From assembly GCA_002378195.1 (NCBI GenBank), contig DFRJ01000003.1, positions 32,879 through 96,878 on the forward strand: DNA of 64,000 nucleotides, given 5' to 3'. Under the pieces are notes generated by a model. The model ran no database searches. It saw only the letters and a list, made by a program, of their open reading frames with translations, and was not told where the DNA came from. The DNA comes from Patescibacteria group bacterium UBA3466 (GTDB taxonomy: Bacteria > Patescibacteriota > Minisyncoccia > Phycocordibacterales > UBA918). A program made the position numbers and the translations under genes. Positions 32,001-41,904 of this stretch are shown here, piece after piece. Every line of letters begins with the position of its first letter. The stretch's first letter is position 1.

Positions 32001-35000
32001 ATAGCTCGCTTTATGAATATGATTATGTATTTGGGAATCTTTCAACGACAACCAATCCTAATGGTGAGTTATTTGTAACCGAGTTCGATGATCTTGGCAG
32101 ACCTATCACTATCGTTGGTCCAGACCCGCAAACCGGAAGTCCTGTTGTAATAACTGAATATGAATATACAGATACAGTTGGTGCAGTGAGTACTAAACAA
32201 ATAAATCATTTGGACGAAACTATAAGCAATGATGTTTATTCGTATTTTGATGGATTTGGTCGGATAATTCAGGAGAGAGTTGAAGCGGAGGATAGTAACG
32301 AATATGTGGTCCGAGATATTGTGTATGGAGATAATGGTTTGGTAAGTAAGGAATCGTTACCTTTTTACGATATGGGATCAGCTAGATCCTCCGCGCAGAC
32401 CGATACTGATTTACTCAGTCAGTACACATATGATGCCCTTGGTAGAGTCACTGCTTTAACTACAGCTGTTGGCACATCCAACACTTCGTATGATCAGTGG
32501 AAGGAAACTCATACAGATACAGAGAATAATGATGTAAGCTTTGAATATGATGCGTATGATCAAATCAGTATTGTCACTGAAAATGAAGGTCTAAATAGCT
32601 ATACAACCGAATATGACTGGAACCCAAGAGGAGATCTTGTAACTATTACAGATGCGGAAGGGAATGAGCGAAACATTGTTTATGATGGGTTATCTCGTCG
32701 GACAAGCTTAGAAGATCTTCATGATACTTCAGATACAAGCTTCGGAACTTGGTCGTTTGTGTATGATGATGCTGGTAACTTAACTCAAAAAACTGATCCT
32801 GAGTCCCATGTTGTTAATTACACCTACGATGACATTAATCGTATCCTGACTGAGGACTATACTGGCGAATCTGGAACAGAGATCACTTATTCATACGATT
32901 CATGTACGAATGGTATTGGATATATTTGTTCAATTACTGATACTGATATGACAACTTCTTACGCTTATACTGCAAATGGTCTTACTGAATCAGAAACTAG
33001 ATTATTAAACAGTACTTCATACGTAACAAGTTACGACTATAATCGACAAGGCGATCAAACTGAAGTTACATACCCAGACAGTTCAGTTGTGAAATACACA
33101 TATCATAAGGGTAGAAATGTAGACAAGATTGAACAAAAAGAAGACGGCGATAGCTTCGCAGAGATAATATCTGACCTGAACTATGGACCACACGGGTTAG
33201 TAGAATTCATGGAGCATAGTAATGGTATTGAGACTACAAGGACATATCGTGCCGATGAACTTTATCGATTATCAAACATTGTAAGTGTCGCTACGAGTTC
33301 AGGTACTGGTTCAGGAGGTGATGCTCACCGTACTTTAGAAGCAGAACTTTTCGAGTTAACTGAAGCAATGGTAACTGAGGAGGCTGTTGAGACAGTGGAA
33401 GAATTAGTTCTAGAAGAGCGGGCAGAAGAGAGGATAGTAACTTCAGAAATTGTAGAAGAGGTAGTTGAAGAGATAGAACCAGTTGAACAATCAGCAACCA
33501 TATCTTCTTCTACTGAAGAAATACAGATACAAGATGACATACAAAATGTTGAAACTTCCACTTCGACAGAAAATCTTGAACAAAGCTCTTTCGATAATGT
33601 GATTGAAGAGCCTGTTCTATTGCCTACTCAATCTGATTCAACTGAAGAAATGATAAAAACTGAAAGTAAAGACAAGAAGATATTAGGAAAACAGGAAAAA
33701 GCTAGATTAATTTACGAAAAGACAAAGCGGAAATCACACGATCGAGATAAATACAAAATCGATATTGTAGATATGAATGAGGTGGAAGATGGTGTGGCAG
33801 TCTTTGCAAGAGTTTGGGATAGAGGTGAGCAAATTGGCTTTGGACAGGATGGAACAGTTGATATCGAAAGGTTTATCTTTAAGAATCCGCCGATTAGTGT
33901 GCCAGATAAGAGCGTCACTTATACCTATGAATTAGATGGAGAGACCTTTAGCGCCTATGGTTTCAAAGAGGATCCGGAGGAGGCTCTTCTGCAATCTCTA
34001 GAGCATGTAATTGAAGCAAAAAAACTTAAATTCAATGACGAAAAAATCAAACAAGGAAAGGTCGGGAATACCACTACAACATTCTATCCATCAGCTGGTC
34101 AGAGTAGTCCGGTAGATGGAGGGTTGATACAGTGGTTTGCTGGAGGGACCTCATGGTCATCAATCCGTAACGACACAACTAGTTCGTGGGTTCATGATGA
34201 TATTGATGGAGTTGGAGCATTCAATACTGCTCAGATCTACGACGGATACAATGGAGCATGGAATGGTATGTCCCGAGGGGTATTCGGCTTTGATACCTCG
34301 TCATTAGGCTCCGATACCATAGATGCTGTGACTTTATCAATCCATGGAAGCGCAAAGACTGATGGATACTCAGGTGCAGATGTTGTGGTTGATAGAGTTG
34401 TTCCAGCTAGCAATAGTTCATTGGCAGTAGGTGATTTCGATCTCACTAATTGGGATGAGACACTACAGTCAGACACGAGAATAACAATATCTGCTTGGGA
34501 TAATACTGATTACAATGACTTTGTATTAAATAGTATTGGAGAAGGGAACATTAATTCTTCGGGTATCTCTTGGTATGGAGTCCGTCATGGTATGGACTTT
34601 GATGATGCTGAGCCAACTAGAATCAGTACGAATAGTAGAATTATTACTCGGTACGCAGATGCAAACGGAACTTCAGAAGATCCTAAGTTAATAGTAGAGC
34701 ACACCGGTTCAGCGGCTGGCAGTAGCGGATCAGGTATACAGAGCTTAGAGTACGAGTATGATTCAGTTGGTAACATCACAAAGATTACCGACACTTCGAG
34801 TACAACTCTCTTAGGTGAAGTAGACTATATCTACGATGATTTGTATCGATTAGCTTCTGCATCGACTACAAATTCTGCAACAAGCTCTTATCTCAGAAAC
34901 TTCACTTATAACTCAATTGGTAACATACTGACAAAGACAGGTGGGGGTACCTATGTGTATGCTGGTGACACAGGAACTAATTATGCGAATCCTCATGCAG

Positions 35001-36208
35001 CTACTTCAATCGGAGGAGTGTCAGTTAGTTATGATGACAATGGAAACGTGACAGCTTTCGGTTCTGATTCTTATACCTGGAACTATCGAAATGAGTTAAT
35101 TGAATCAGATGTGAATGGGGCGACTACTACCTATGCTTACGATCATAATGGTGATCGAGTGAGTAAATCATCTGATGGAAATACCACATACTATGTTTCA
35201 AGTATGTATGAAGTAGAGGACAGTGATATTACTAAGCATGTGTACCTTGGAGATATGCTGGTAGCAACCATTGAGTCTGACGGTTCTGCTGATGAGATCC
35301 ATCATAATCACCTTGATCATCTCAATTCAACCAATGTGGTCACTAATGCTTCGGGAACAGTTGATCAACTACTCAGCTACTATCCATTTGGATCGATGAG
35401 GGTAGATCAGAAGTTAGGGACGGTGGATCAGAGCAAGCGCCATACCGGCCATGATTATGATGAAGAAACGGATCTAAACTATATGGGTGCAAGGTATTAC
35501 GCCGGCGACACTGGACGCTTTACCTCTCAGGATCCGGTATCCCTAGCTCTGGGAGATTGGAAAACAGTTCAGGACAAGACTGGAGGTAATTTAGCCTTTT
35601 ATCTTCAAAATCCGCAAACCCACAACTCCTACAGCTACACAGCAAATAATCCGCTGAAGTATGTTGATAAGAATGGTGAATTTATCTGGTTTGCCCCTGC
35701 TGTCATATATGCTCCTCAAATATTGGCTGGTCTAGCAGCTTTGTCGACACCATTAGGTGTGGCTATGTTGGTGGATGATTATCAAACCCTGACTAATAAC
35801 CCTGATGGTCTAGATCTTGCTCTCATTGCTGTACCAGGAGTCTTAGGTAAGGCTGGAGATGTAGCGAAAGTCTCGATGAACAGAAATGCTTGGTCTGCAG
35901 GACGAGCAGGTAATGCTCAGAATAGCTTAACTAATCACTTTAAGGATCATGGGGAATTGTTAGGTGCTAAGTCAGCTCAGGAGTATTACGACAGAGCTAA
36001 TGACGCTATGAAACCAGGTAGTGGTTTTACGAGATTGGAGAATGCTGATGGAAAGGTCGATTATTACAATCCAAGTAACAGAGAGTTGGTTGGCTTAAAT
36101 GAAAAAGGTCAAATATCTACGTATCATAAAGTTACGAATACAAACAAAGCTGAAGGACTTGATTATCGGGTTAAGAAGAAGCAAAATGAAAAGAATGGAG
36201 GAGGATAA
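29003..36208 (+). CDS. Large RHS/YD-repeat polymorphic toxin (signal peptide, SpvB/TcB-like N-terminus, FG-GAP repeats, RHS core, C-terminal toxin)
   Basis: DVNGDGLAD repeats, YD repeats, YMGARYY...NPLKYVDKNG cleavage motif, variable C-terminus. Confidence 0.92.
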   Translation: MLHKNICRSEFIRSRRTLFKATSLLIVVSVLLAPIAHVYGFHPDNDSSLVNNDLLISKNVSSLSDNGVQVNSFDGSLSYSYPVLYPSGVNGFGPSHNLSYSSNSKEEYSILGIHGWNLDIPSIKLINKTGIENLYSDPVYYSSISGELVQVGVSSEYISKNESGDFHSYTLSNGVWTISTKSGDVYTLGSTSASRIVNPNDSSEIYAWYTNEIVDTNGNSIDYSYYKDNESLLIDTIEYGGIYEIDFERVSKNSTSTTHEATFEINQTKAVDRIQVIVDGQDEYYYDLTLTSAVNPNHVLLTQIDMVGGSDQLTTEFTYNDNSLMPFSADQDDDGANGKWDIGNGKWLYEKGASNKWRFVDVNGDGLADFVGDGDVYLNDGEEFVFNLTWSTALIDFIYDDTLSLRFPDINGDGLVDIIYSTDEAYNTGWFSDVYLNNGSGWTYDASFDESLATNSARFAFVDTDGVDDLGWRVIDVNGDGLADLIHDNDLNYPDNTNAVYINDGSEWTLSSDFIIPADNGFALHNAYGFIIDINGDDLPDLVSSYEVNSSWVKRVYVNTGTGWVDHDGFKNSLPAAFVDDPGSSSNFIDHGYRLVDINNDGLADIAWQTDSGSNRLRYYLNLGDSWDTTFTETACCNPGWGQKLQYGATAFVDINGDSLIDILSAHKISSSNKLDSIHIAAGGKPDVLTEVVNQHGGTTKVFYKGSQETVSGSQRNVDLPIALYVVASTTKDNGFGQVIETLYDYDYGEIYFDTADLRDRRFGGFGEFTEEVVGLNKTIVNFHQGNDLDSSSEEESDGEHLIGRMYQTKITNNSDSLYLLNRVNYSTTSLGDGSVFTKTDSVVELAYDGDVDERAKAVSYTYDDTHGSVLSMVEYGEVNGNSDGTYTDSGTDKRTSLYEYATSSDGLVAVTKETLNDNSNTKIQESVYYYDDLTYGSAALGNLTKREDWVTGATFVDTEWDYNSNGLVTTETDPKGNAINYDYDTYNLYLASSTNAEGHSSLYEYDYVFGNLSTTTNPNGELFVTEFDDLGRPITIVGPDPQTGSPVVITEYEYTDTVGAVSTKQINHLDETISNDVYSYFDGFGRIIQERVEAEDSNEYVVRDIVYGDNGLVSKESLPFYDMGSARSSAQTDTDLLSQYTYDALGRVTALTTAVGTSNTSYDQWKETHTDTENNDVSFEYDAYDQISIVTENEGLNSYTTEYDWNPRGDLVTITDAEGNERNIVYDGLSRRTSLEDLHDTSDTSFGTWSFVYDDAGNLTQKTDPESHVVNYTYDDINRILTEDYTGESGTEITYSYDSCTNGIGYICSITDTDMTTSYAYTANGLTESETRLLNSTSYVTSYDYNRQGDQTEVTYPDSSVVKYTYHKGRNVDKIEQKEDGDSFAEIISDLNYGPHGLVEFMEHSNGIETTRTYRADELYRLSNIVSVATSSGTGSGGDAHRTLEAELFELTEAMVTEEAVETVEELVLEERAEERIVTSEIVEEVVEEIEPVEQSATISSSTEEIQIQDDIQNVETSTSTENLEQSSFDNVIEEPVLLPTQSDSTEEMIKTESKDKKILGKQEKARLIYEKTKRKSHDRDKYKIDIVDMNEVEDGVAVFARVWDRGEQIGFGQDGTVDIERFIFKNPPISVPDKSVTYTYELDGETFSAYGFKEDPEEALLQSLEHVIEAKKLKFNDEKIKQGKVGNTTTTFYPSAGQSSPVDGGLIQWFAGGTSWSSIRNDTTSSWVHDDIDGVGAFNTAQIYDGYNGAWNGMSRGVFGFDTSSLGSDTIDAVTLSIHGSAKTDGYSGADVVVDRVVPASNSSLAVGDFDLTNWDETLQSDTRITISAWDNTDYNDFVLNSIGEGNINSSGISWYGVRHGMDFDDAEPTRISTNSRIITRYADANGTSEDPKLIVEHTGSAAGSSGSGIQSLEYEYDSVGNITKITDTSSTTLLGEVDYIYDDLYRLASASTTNSATSSYLRNFTYNSIGNILTKTGGGTYVYAGDTGTNYANPHAATSIGGVSVSYDDNGNVTAFGSDSYTWNYRNELIESDVNGATTTYAYDHNGDRVSKSSDGNTTYYVSSMYEVEDSDITKHVYLGDMLVATIESDGSADEIHHNHLDHLNSTNVVTNASGTVDQLLSYYPFGSMRVDQKLGTVDQSKRHTGHDYDEETDLNYMGARYYAGDTGRFTSQDPVSLALGDWKTVQDKTGGNLAFYLQNPQTHNSYSYTANNPLKYVDKNGEFIWFAPAVIYAPQILAGLAALSTPLGVAMLVDDYQTLTNNPDGLDLALIAVPGVLGKAGDVAKVSMNRNAWSAGRAGNAQNSLTNHFKDHGELLGAKSAQEYYDRANDAMKPGSGFTRLENADGKVDYYNPSNRELVGLNEKGQISTYHKVTNTNKAEGLDYRVKKKQNEKNGGG

Positions 36209-36509
36209 AACAAAAATAATAGAAAAATACAAAGATGTTCATCTCGGATACTATGATTATAAAGATGATAAGTATCGAATTGAGGATTTCTTAAATGAAG
36301 ATTTTCTTGTGGAATGGATTATAGGTATCGCAGATAAATATGATCAAGGTGTTACTCATCAAGGTCTAGACTTTATCAATGAATACTATGGTATTAAAAA
36401 TATTATTGATAAAGTGCTTGAGAAAAGTCCCCAATTCCCATTCGACGGTGGCGATCCTTACAAATTTCTTGAAGGTCAGAGAGAGCGGAGCTATTCCGCA
36501 AAGGACTAA
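36186..36509 (+). CDS. Putative immunity protein for the RHS toxin
   Basis: Small acidic ORF overlapping the toxin stop codon; positional inference. Confidence 0.6.
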   Translation: MKRMEEDKTKIIEKYKDVHLGYYDYKDDKYRIEDFLNEDFLVEWIIGIADKYDQGVTHQGLDFINEYYGIKNIIDKVLEKSPQFPFDGGDPYKFLEGQRERSYSAKD

Positions 36510-36673
36510 TTGACCTTTCTCAAGAGAGTCAAATCCAAAACTATTAAGGTAGCTTACGTTCAATAAATTCATCGCTACCTTTTGTCAAAACCGACAGATA
36601 GAACGACTGATTGTTTGCTGTCTGGGTAATGATATAGTTTGAAAAATAACAATTAATATGAAATAGTTCCTGT

Positions 36674-38632
36674 ATGAAGGCAGTGCCAACCTCAATCAAG
36701 TTTCTGGTTTTGTATATGGTCATAGTGATTGGCTATATTTTATACGAGATTACTTTAGGAGATAATCAAGCAAAAGAAGCATTCGATCTTTATAACCTCG
36801 GTCTTGTTTATGATGGAATAAACTTTATTGCGGTTGCAGGGGCAGTTTTGTTACTTGTTTTGCTTTGGTTTAAAGAAAAGAATTTTTATCCCGTGGCAAT
36901 GGGTTGGTTGACTATAGATTTCTTCAGCACACTTTTGTTTTGCGTACTCTATTTCATCAATCTAGATGTCTTAATTAGTGCTGAAAATGATCCTGCTCTA
37001 CAGGAATATATGAGTTCTACAGCTGGACTGGTTGCGTGGGGGGTTCAGATATCGCTTTATTTGGCACTTATTCTATATTTCATTTACGCTGTCCATAAAC
37101 ATAAGCTTGTGCTTACTGGAAATGGTCCGATTAGCATAGAAGAAAAAAAGGAGTACAAAAGTTTTGGAATCAAGGTCCTTATAGCTTGCTTAGTGATTGC
37201 TGCTGCAGGTGCAGGAGTGTACATGGGAGTAGCTGATAAGAAAGCTATGAATGAGAGTTTTTATATGAAAGAAAACTCTAATGTTCGCGCTGGAGGAAGC
37301 TTTGCCAGCACTTCTGAAAGTCTTACTGATGAACAACTTAGGGAGTTGTTGGAGAATCCGGAAAGAAATACTCTGGTTATTAGTCTTAATAGTATTGGAT
37401 CAACGATTGTACTTGTTGAAGAAGATTGGATGGGAGACGACCTGTATGTACTTGACCAAGAGCTTACTGTTTATGAGCAAACAAAAAAGGAACAATACCA
37501 GTCATTGAAGGATGAAGTCGAGGGTATTTTTGCTGATGCGGACTTGAAACAAGAAACAATCTCGAACTATCAGTATGACCTGGAGTATTTTAATGATCAG
37601 ATTGTTTTAACAGATTCATTGAACAATGCAAAAAAACAGATAGATGCTGTTGCGGAAAGCTTGGGTGTTCCAAGTGATGATGAGTCTCAGGGAGGTAGCA
37701 ATTGGTGGGAAACAGATGAAGAGTACGTAAATAATCTCAAACTAGCCACCAGTATCACTGAGGATATAAATGCAATATATAAGACCAGTACCAAACTTCG
37801 TGAAGCAATGATCGAGAAGTTAAAAGCTGATGATGTTGAGGGTTCAATTGCTGTCTATAATGATATTCAGGTGATTGATTACATCCTAAACTGGCACAAT
37901 ACAGCATACGAAACACTTGCTAAATCACTGTATGCCACAGAACAAAAGTACGCTGAGCAGGGATTGGCTTCTGAAGATGCACCATCCCACAAACCAACTA
38001 GTCTTATTGATATAAAAGATCAGGTACAGGATATTGTTCAAGATGTTGCAGACATTAGTGAGAACTTGGATGCAGACACTCTTTACTTCAGAGCTCAGGA
38101 CTTTGAAGATGCCGAAGATATAGAAAATGCTGTTAAGTATTATCGTTTAGCTGCTGAAAAATATCCTGAAGACAATGGAGAAAGATATGAAGCACTGGCA
38201 CAGGCTGAGTGGGAGCTTGAGAACCCAGACGGAATCTTGAAATATCTAGAGCAAGGGTATGTAGTAGATCCAACAAACGATTATTTACTCCATACATACG
38301 GACATTTCTTAAACGGTATCTCATTGAGTTCTGCCTATCGTCAAGATCTAGACTTGGCCTTGAAAATCAATCTAGAGTTAGTGAGCTTACTTCCTGATGA
38401 CGAAAACTTAGATAACCTTGCTTACACTTACTTATTGCGTGGTGAGGAAGATAAGTTTGAGGAAACAGTTGGAAGAATGAGCGTTTACGATGAGTCAGAA
38501 CATTATGGTTGGTACGCTAAAATCTATCACCGCCGTGGAAATCAGGAGATGGCAGAAAAGTATAAAAACTTAGCGATTGGTGTTGATGACTGGAATGATG
38601 AGCGTGAACAGTATCTAAGCCTCAGCTTCTAG
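36674..38632 (+). CDS. Membrane protein with C-terminal TPR-like repeats
   Basis: About five N-terminal TMs, coiled region, AVKYYRLAAEKYP and LEQGYVVDP TPR-like segments. Confidence 0.7.
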   Translation: MKAVPTSIKFLVLYMVIVIGYILYEITLGDNQAKEAFDLYNLGLVYDGINFIAVAGAVLLLVLLWFKEKNFYPVAMGWLTIDFFSTLLFCVLYFINLDVLISAENDPALQEYMSSTAGLVAWGVQISLYLALILYFIYAVHKHKLVLTGNGPISIEEKKEYKSFGIKVLIACLVIAAAGAGVYMGVADKKAMNESFYMKENSNVRAGGSFASTSESLTDEQLRELLENPERNTLVISLNSIGSTIVLVEEDWMGDDLYVLDQELTVYEQTKKEQYQSLKDEVEGIFADADLKQETISNYQYDLEYFNDQIVLTDSLNNAKKQIDAVAESLGVPSDDESQGGSNWWETDEEYVNNLKLATSITEDINAIYKTSTKLREAMIEKLKADDVEGSIAVYNDIQVIDYILNWHNTAYETLAKSLYATEQKYAEQGLASEDAPSHKPTSLIDIKDQVQDIVQDVADISENLDADTLYFRAQDFEDAEDIENAVKYYRLAAEKYPEDNGERYEALAQAEWELENPDGILKYLEQGYVVDPTNDYLLHTYGHFLNGISLSSAYRQDLDLALKINLELVSLLPDDENLDNLAYTYLLRGEEDKFEETVGRMSVYDESEHYGWYAKIYHRRGNQEMAEKYKNLAIGVDDWNDEREQYLSLSF

Positions 38633-39064
38633 TGGTAAGACAACCTCCTTTTGTCTTTTCCTTTCATTTTCTACTTGTAGAGCTCTATAAAGATATATAG
38701 ACACAAGTCCCCAAAAGATGAGGCTCGTAATGACACTACCCGTAAAAGCCATTATGTACCACTTATCGAATGTGTAGAGGGTCAATAAACCTACGATGCC
38801 CCACCGGTGTCCAAAGTACGTGAATACCATGAAGGGAACGTACATAAGTATTGAAACAAGCATGTCAGCGAGAGTAAAAAGTTCAGGGTAGAACTGAGTT
38901 AATCCGAAGCTCCACGCGAACATAGCAACTAGTATCAATAGAGGTATGCCACGAGCTGATTCGTATACTTTCAAAGTCTTATAATCAGCAACTTGCCTCT
39001 CAAGCTCTTCCTTAGTTAAAGACAGGGAGCTGAATAATTTTTTCTTGTTTGCAGTTTCTTCCAC
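38615..39064 (-). CDS. Hypothetical membrane protein
   Basis: About four hydrophobic helices; directly downstream of recombinase. Confidence 0.65.
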   Translation of the reverse strand: MEETANKKKLFSSLSLTKEELERQVADYKTLKVYESARGIPLLILVAMFAWSFGLTQFYPELFTLADMLVSILMYVPFMVFTYFGHRWGIVGLLTLYTFDKWYIMAFTGSVITSLIFWGLVSIYLYRALQVENERKRQKEVVLPLEAEA

Positions 39065-39067
39065 AAG

Positions 39068-40813
39068 CTATTTATAGCATGGTTCTTCTGATTTTTCTGA
39101 GAAGGTGTCAAATTCTTTCCTATTAACCGGAATTGATCCACCGATTGGTCCTTTTGGCTTCTTAAGTCGTTCAGAATAAGGAATTTTATCTTTGATACAA
39201 TACTCGATGTTAGTTGTCTCGATTTTTTTGTTTACTTCAACTTCTACTGGTACCGAGCCGTGGTATTCAACTTTATCATTGTAGTAAACAACCTTGTTTG
39301 TAAAATCAAGGAGAAATTTACGTCTAGTGTCAAAGTCATAGCATTTCCTGTATCTAGCTTTAGCCTCAGTACAGTACTTCTTCACTGCGATATCAACGAT
39401 ATCTTTTTTGTGCAAGAGTGGAATCTTTTTCAGCAACTCTTGTTTCTCCAGTTTTAACTTATTAATCGTATTATCAAGTTCTAGACTCTTATCTACGTAT
39501 TCATTTCTATCAATTTCGCTGGAAGTATAAATATCAATCAGTCGCTTTTTTGTTAGCTCAATCTTCCTCATCTTCTCTTCGTTTGACTTTATTTTCTTGT
39601 TGAACCGTATCTCATTTGCTTGTACTCGACGCTTGAAATGGCTCATGCACGCCTTCAGTTTCCTGTCACTAAACAGATGACTCTCAATCATAGTGAAGAC
39701 TTTCTCCTCAAGAACCGATCCCTTAATAGCAATATTGTCACAAGGTTTCATTTTCGGCCTGTTCTTCTCAGCATGCATATATTTGCTGAATTTATAATTG
39801 CATTTATATGAAAGCTTGTAGTACGCCTTGGGTTTTTTCATACGTTTATCTACGTAGTAACGCCGATTAGCAAAGATGCTCCCGTCACAGCACCCGCATC
39901 GCACTAGGGAAGAAAGCATTTGTGGGACTCTCGGGTTCCTATATCTTTTTCGATTATGTTCTAGTTTCGTTTGAGCCTTATTGAATAGTTCTTTTGAGAT
40001 AATTGATGGTACTGGTACTCCAATCCATTCACTACGATCTCGCTTAACTACCTTGGTTTTATGTTCTGAACTAGTTAAACTTTTCTTTTTCATTGTGTTG
40101 TAGTAACGGACTCCGGTATACATTTCTTGGTTTAGCATGGCTTTGATAAGCGATACTCTCCACAGTCCTCGACCTTGTTTTGTTGGGGCGTTCATTTCTT
40201 CTAATTGCTGACACATTTTGTTCATACCAATTTCACCATTGGTGTAGGTTTCAAATATCCAGCGGACTATCTTTGCTTCTGTTTCATTTATAGTATATGA
40301 AGGAGGTGACGTTTGGGTTCTGCGGTGATGATCATAACCATACACCTGGCATCCATTTCCAGAGAGAGTACCTTGGCTAATACGAAGCTGTTTCGACCGC
40401 ATCACTCGTTCTACAATCTTTGCTCTTTCTAGTTCCGCGACGGCCCCTAGGACAGTAAGAGTAAATTTGTTTTCAGGATTATGAACGTAGTCTTTCCCGT
40501 TGATGATTATCTGTTTTTTGTATTTAAGAATCTCAGCAATAATAATCGTTTGATAGGTCACTTCTCGGGCTATACGATCTGTATTTAGAAAATAGATGGT
40601 ATCAAATTGCTTCGTTTTTAGATCCTCACGAAGCTTATTCATGGCAGGCCTGTCTAACTCAGCTCCACTATAACCATCATCAATGTATTCCTTGACTAAG
40701 ATGTGGCCAGCTTCAGCTATTTGTCTTTTTAATGCTTCAATCTGGCTTTCAATGGTTTTATCCCTTCTTTGCAAGGACGAACTCACCCTTGCATATAATG
40801 TTGCTCGTTTCAT
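39068..40813 (-). CDS. Large serine recombinase (integrase)
   Basis: YARVSS catalytic Ser, DDGYSG..LDRPAM, DRIAR, recombinase domain, CGCC zinc ribbon, coiled coil. Confidence 0.93.
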   Translation of the reverse strand: MKRATLYARVSSSLQRRDKTIESQIEALKRQIAEAGHILVKEYIDDGYSGAELDRPAMNKLREDLKTKQFDTIYFLNTDRIAREVTYQTIIIAEILKYKKQIIINGKDYVHNPENKFTLTVLGAVAELERAKIVERVMRSKQLRISQGTLSGNGCQVYGYDHHRRTQTSPPSYTINETEAKIVRWIFETYTNGEIGMNKMCQQLEEMNAPTKQGRGLWRVSLIKAMLNQEMYTGVRYYNTMKKKSLTSSEHKTKVVKRDRSEWIGVPVPSIISKELFNKAQTKLEHNRKRYRNPRVPQMLSSLVRCGCCDGSIFANRRYYVDKRMKKPKAYYKLSYKCNYKFSKYMHAEKNRPKMKPCDNIAIKGSVLEEKVFTMIESHLFSDRKLKACMSHFKRRVQANEIRFNKKIKSNEEKMRKIELTKKRLIDIYTSSEIDRNEYVDKSLELDNTINKLKLEKQELLKKIPLLHKKDIVDIAVKKYCTEAKARYRKCYDFDTRRKFLLDFTNKVVYYNDKVEYHGSVPVEVEVNKKIETTNIEYCIKDKIPYSERLKKPKGPIGGSIPVNRKEFDTFSEKSEEPCYK

Positions 40814-41016
40814 ACATACTTTTAATTTATTAATGCCAGACCAGTATCTGGTGCATAGCTATGCAGAGCAACCGATACGTCACATACTAGGCACAAAGTC
40901 TTAGCAAGATTGAGTGTCAGCGATAGAATTTTATTTGATAGCAGTATTTTGCTATTATGTTCATTACAACTTGACCTAAACCGAGCAACTCCGTTGGCGG
41001 CATGGTCCAATACAAA

Positions 41017-41165
41017 ACCGCTACAGTATAGAAGACTCTCCGTCAGAGTCACTGTAGCGGTCGTGTCTGGGAAACCAGATATGGGTCCTCCGGGATCGCG
41101 ATGGCGGGGAGCCTTCTGTCTGAGAGACTCTAGGTTCACCACACTAAATTAAATCCGCTACAGTG
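41017..41165 (+). other. Multi-hairpin intergenic region (candidate structured leader or ncRNA)
   Basis: accgctacagt/actgtagcggt stem, cgtgtctgg-GAAA-ccagatatg, ggtcc-TCCG-ggatc, second ccgctacagtg at 41155. Confidence 0.5.
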
Positions 41166-41169
41166 CATT

Positions 41170-41904
41170 ATGAATACAACAGTAGCTCCCGACTGGGAGC
41201 ATTTTAAGATATTGATACAAGAGCGTATCAAGAACTTTTGGGGTTACGGCAACCTCAACGGCCCATACTGGTTCATCGGTATGGAAGAAGGTTATAACGA
41301 AACAAACGAAATATTACTAGACCGCTTCACCGCTACTGCTCATCAGCAAGTCTGTGATATCTATGATGATCTAAAAGTAGACCCTGGTCATGTTTATTGG
41401 TTTGAAGATGGAGCACCAATACAGCCGACGTATCGTCGGCTGATTGAAATGATGCTCTACTCTCAAAGCAAGGTTCATCCGGATAAGGAAGAAATTAGAC
41501 AGTTTCAAATTGAAAAACTGGGTCGAAAGCAAAGTAACCATGCGCTACTTGAACTCATGCCACTGCCATCAAAGTCTATTGCAGAAAAAGATTGGCTCTA
41601 CGCTGATTCAGGTGTCGAGGGTTTATCCTCTCGAAAAGACTATTTAGAAACATACAAAAGTGAGCGAATTGAGGCATTACGAAACCTAATTCATAAACAT
41701 AAACCTAAGTACGTGATCTGTTACTCACTGTCATACCAAGAAGATTGGCAACAACTAACGGATAAACCGTTTATAGAAGTGAACCCACGTCGGCTCTATC
41801 TAGCGAGAGATACTGACACCACATTCGCTATTACTCCACATTCAGTTGCTCAAGGTCTCTCCAATAATGATTGGAAAATGATTATCGAAGAGCTATTTCT
41901 TTGA
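41170..41904 (+). CDS. Hypothetical protein, possibly uracil-DNA-glycosylase-like fold
   Basis: FWGYGNLNGPYWFIGMEEG, LMPLPS, PKYVICY, TPHS; fold call tentative. Confidence 0.5.
   Translation: MNTTVAPDWEHFKILIQERIKNFWGYGNLNGPYWFIGMEEGYNETNEILLDRFTATAHQQVCDIYDDLKVDPGHVYWFEDGAPIQPTYRRLIEMMLYSQSKVHPDKEEIRQFQIEKLGRKQSNHALLELMPLPSKSIAEKDWLYADSGVEGLSSRKDYLETYKSERIEALRNLIHKHKPKYVICYSLSYQEDWQQLTDKPFIEVNPRRLYLARDTDTTFAITPHSVAQGLSNNDWKMIIEELFL

Noticed and set aside
41060-41140. Hammerhead or other self-cleaving ribozyme
   Set aside because: CTGAGAG and GAAAC are present but do not match the CUGANGA/GAAA core with the required stems.
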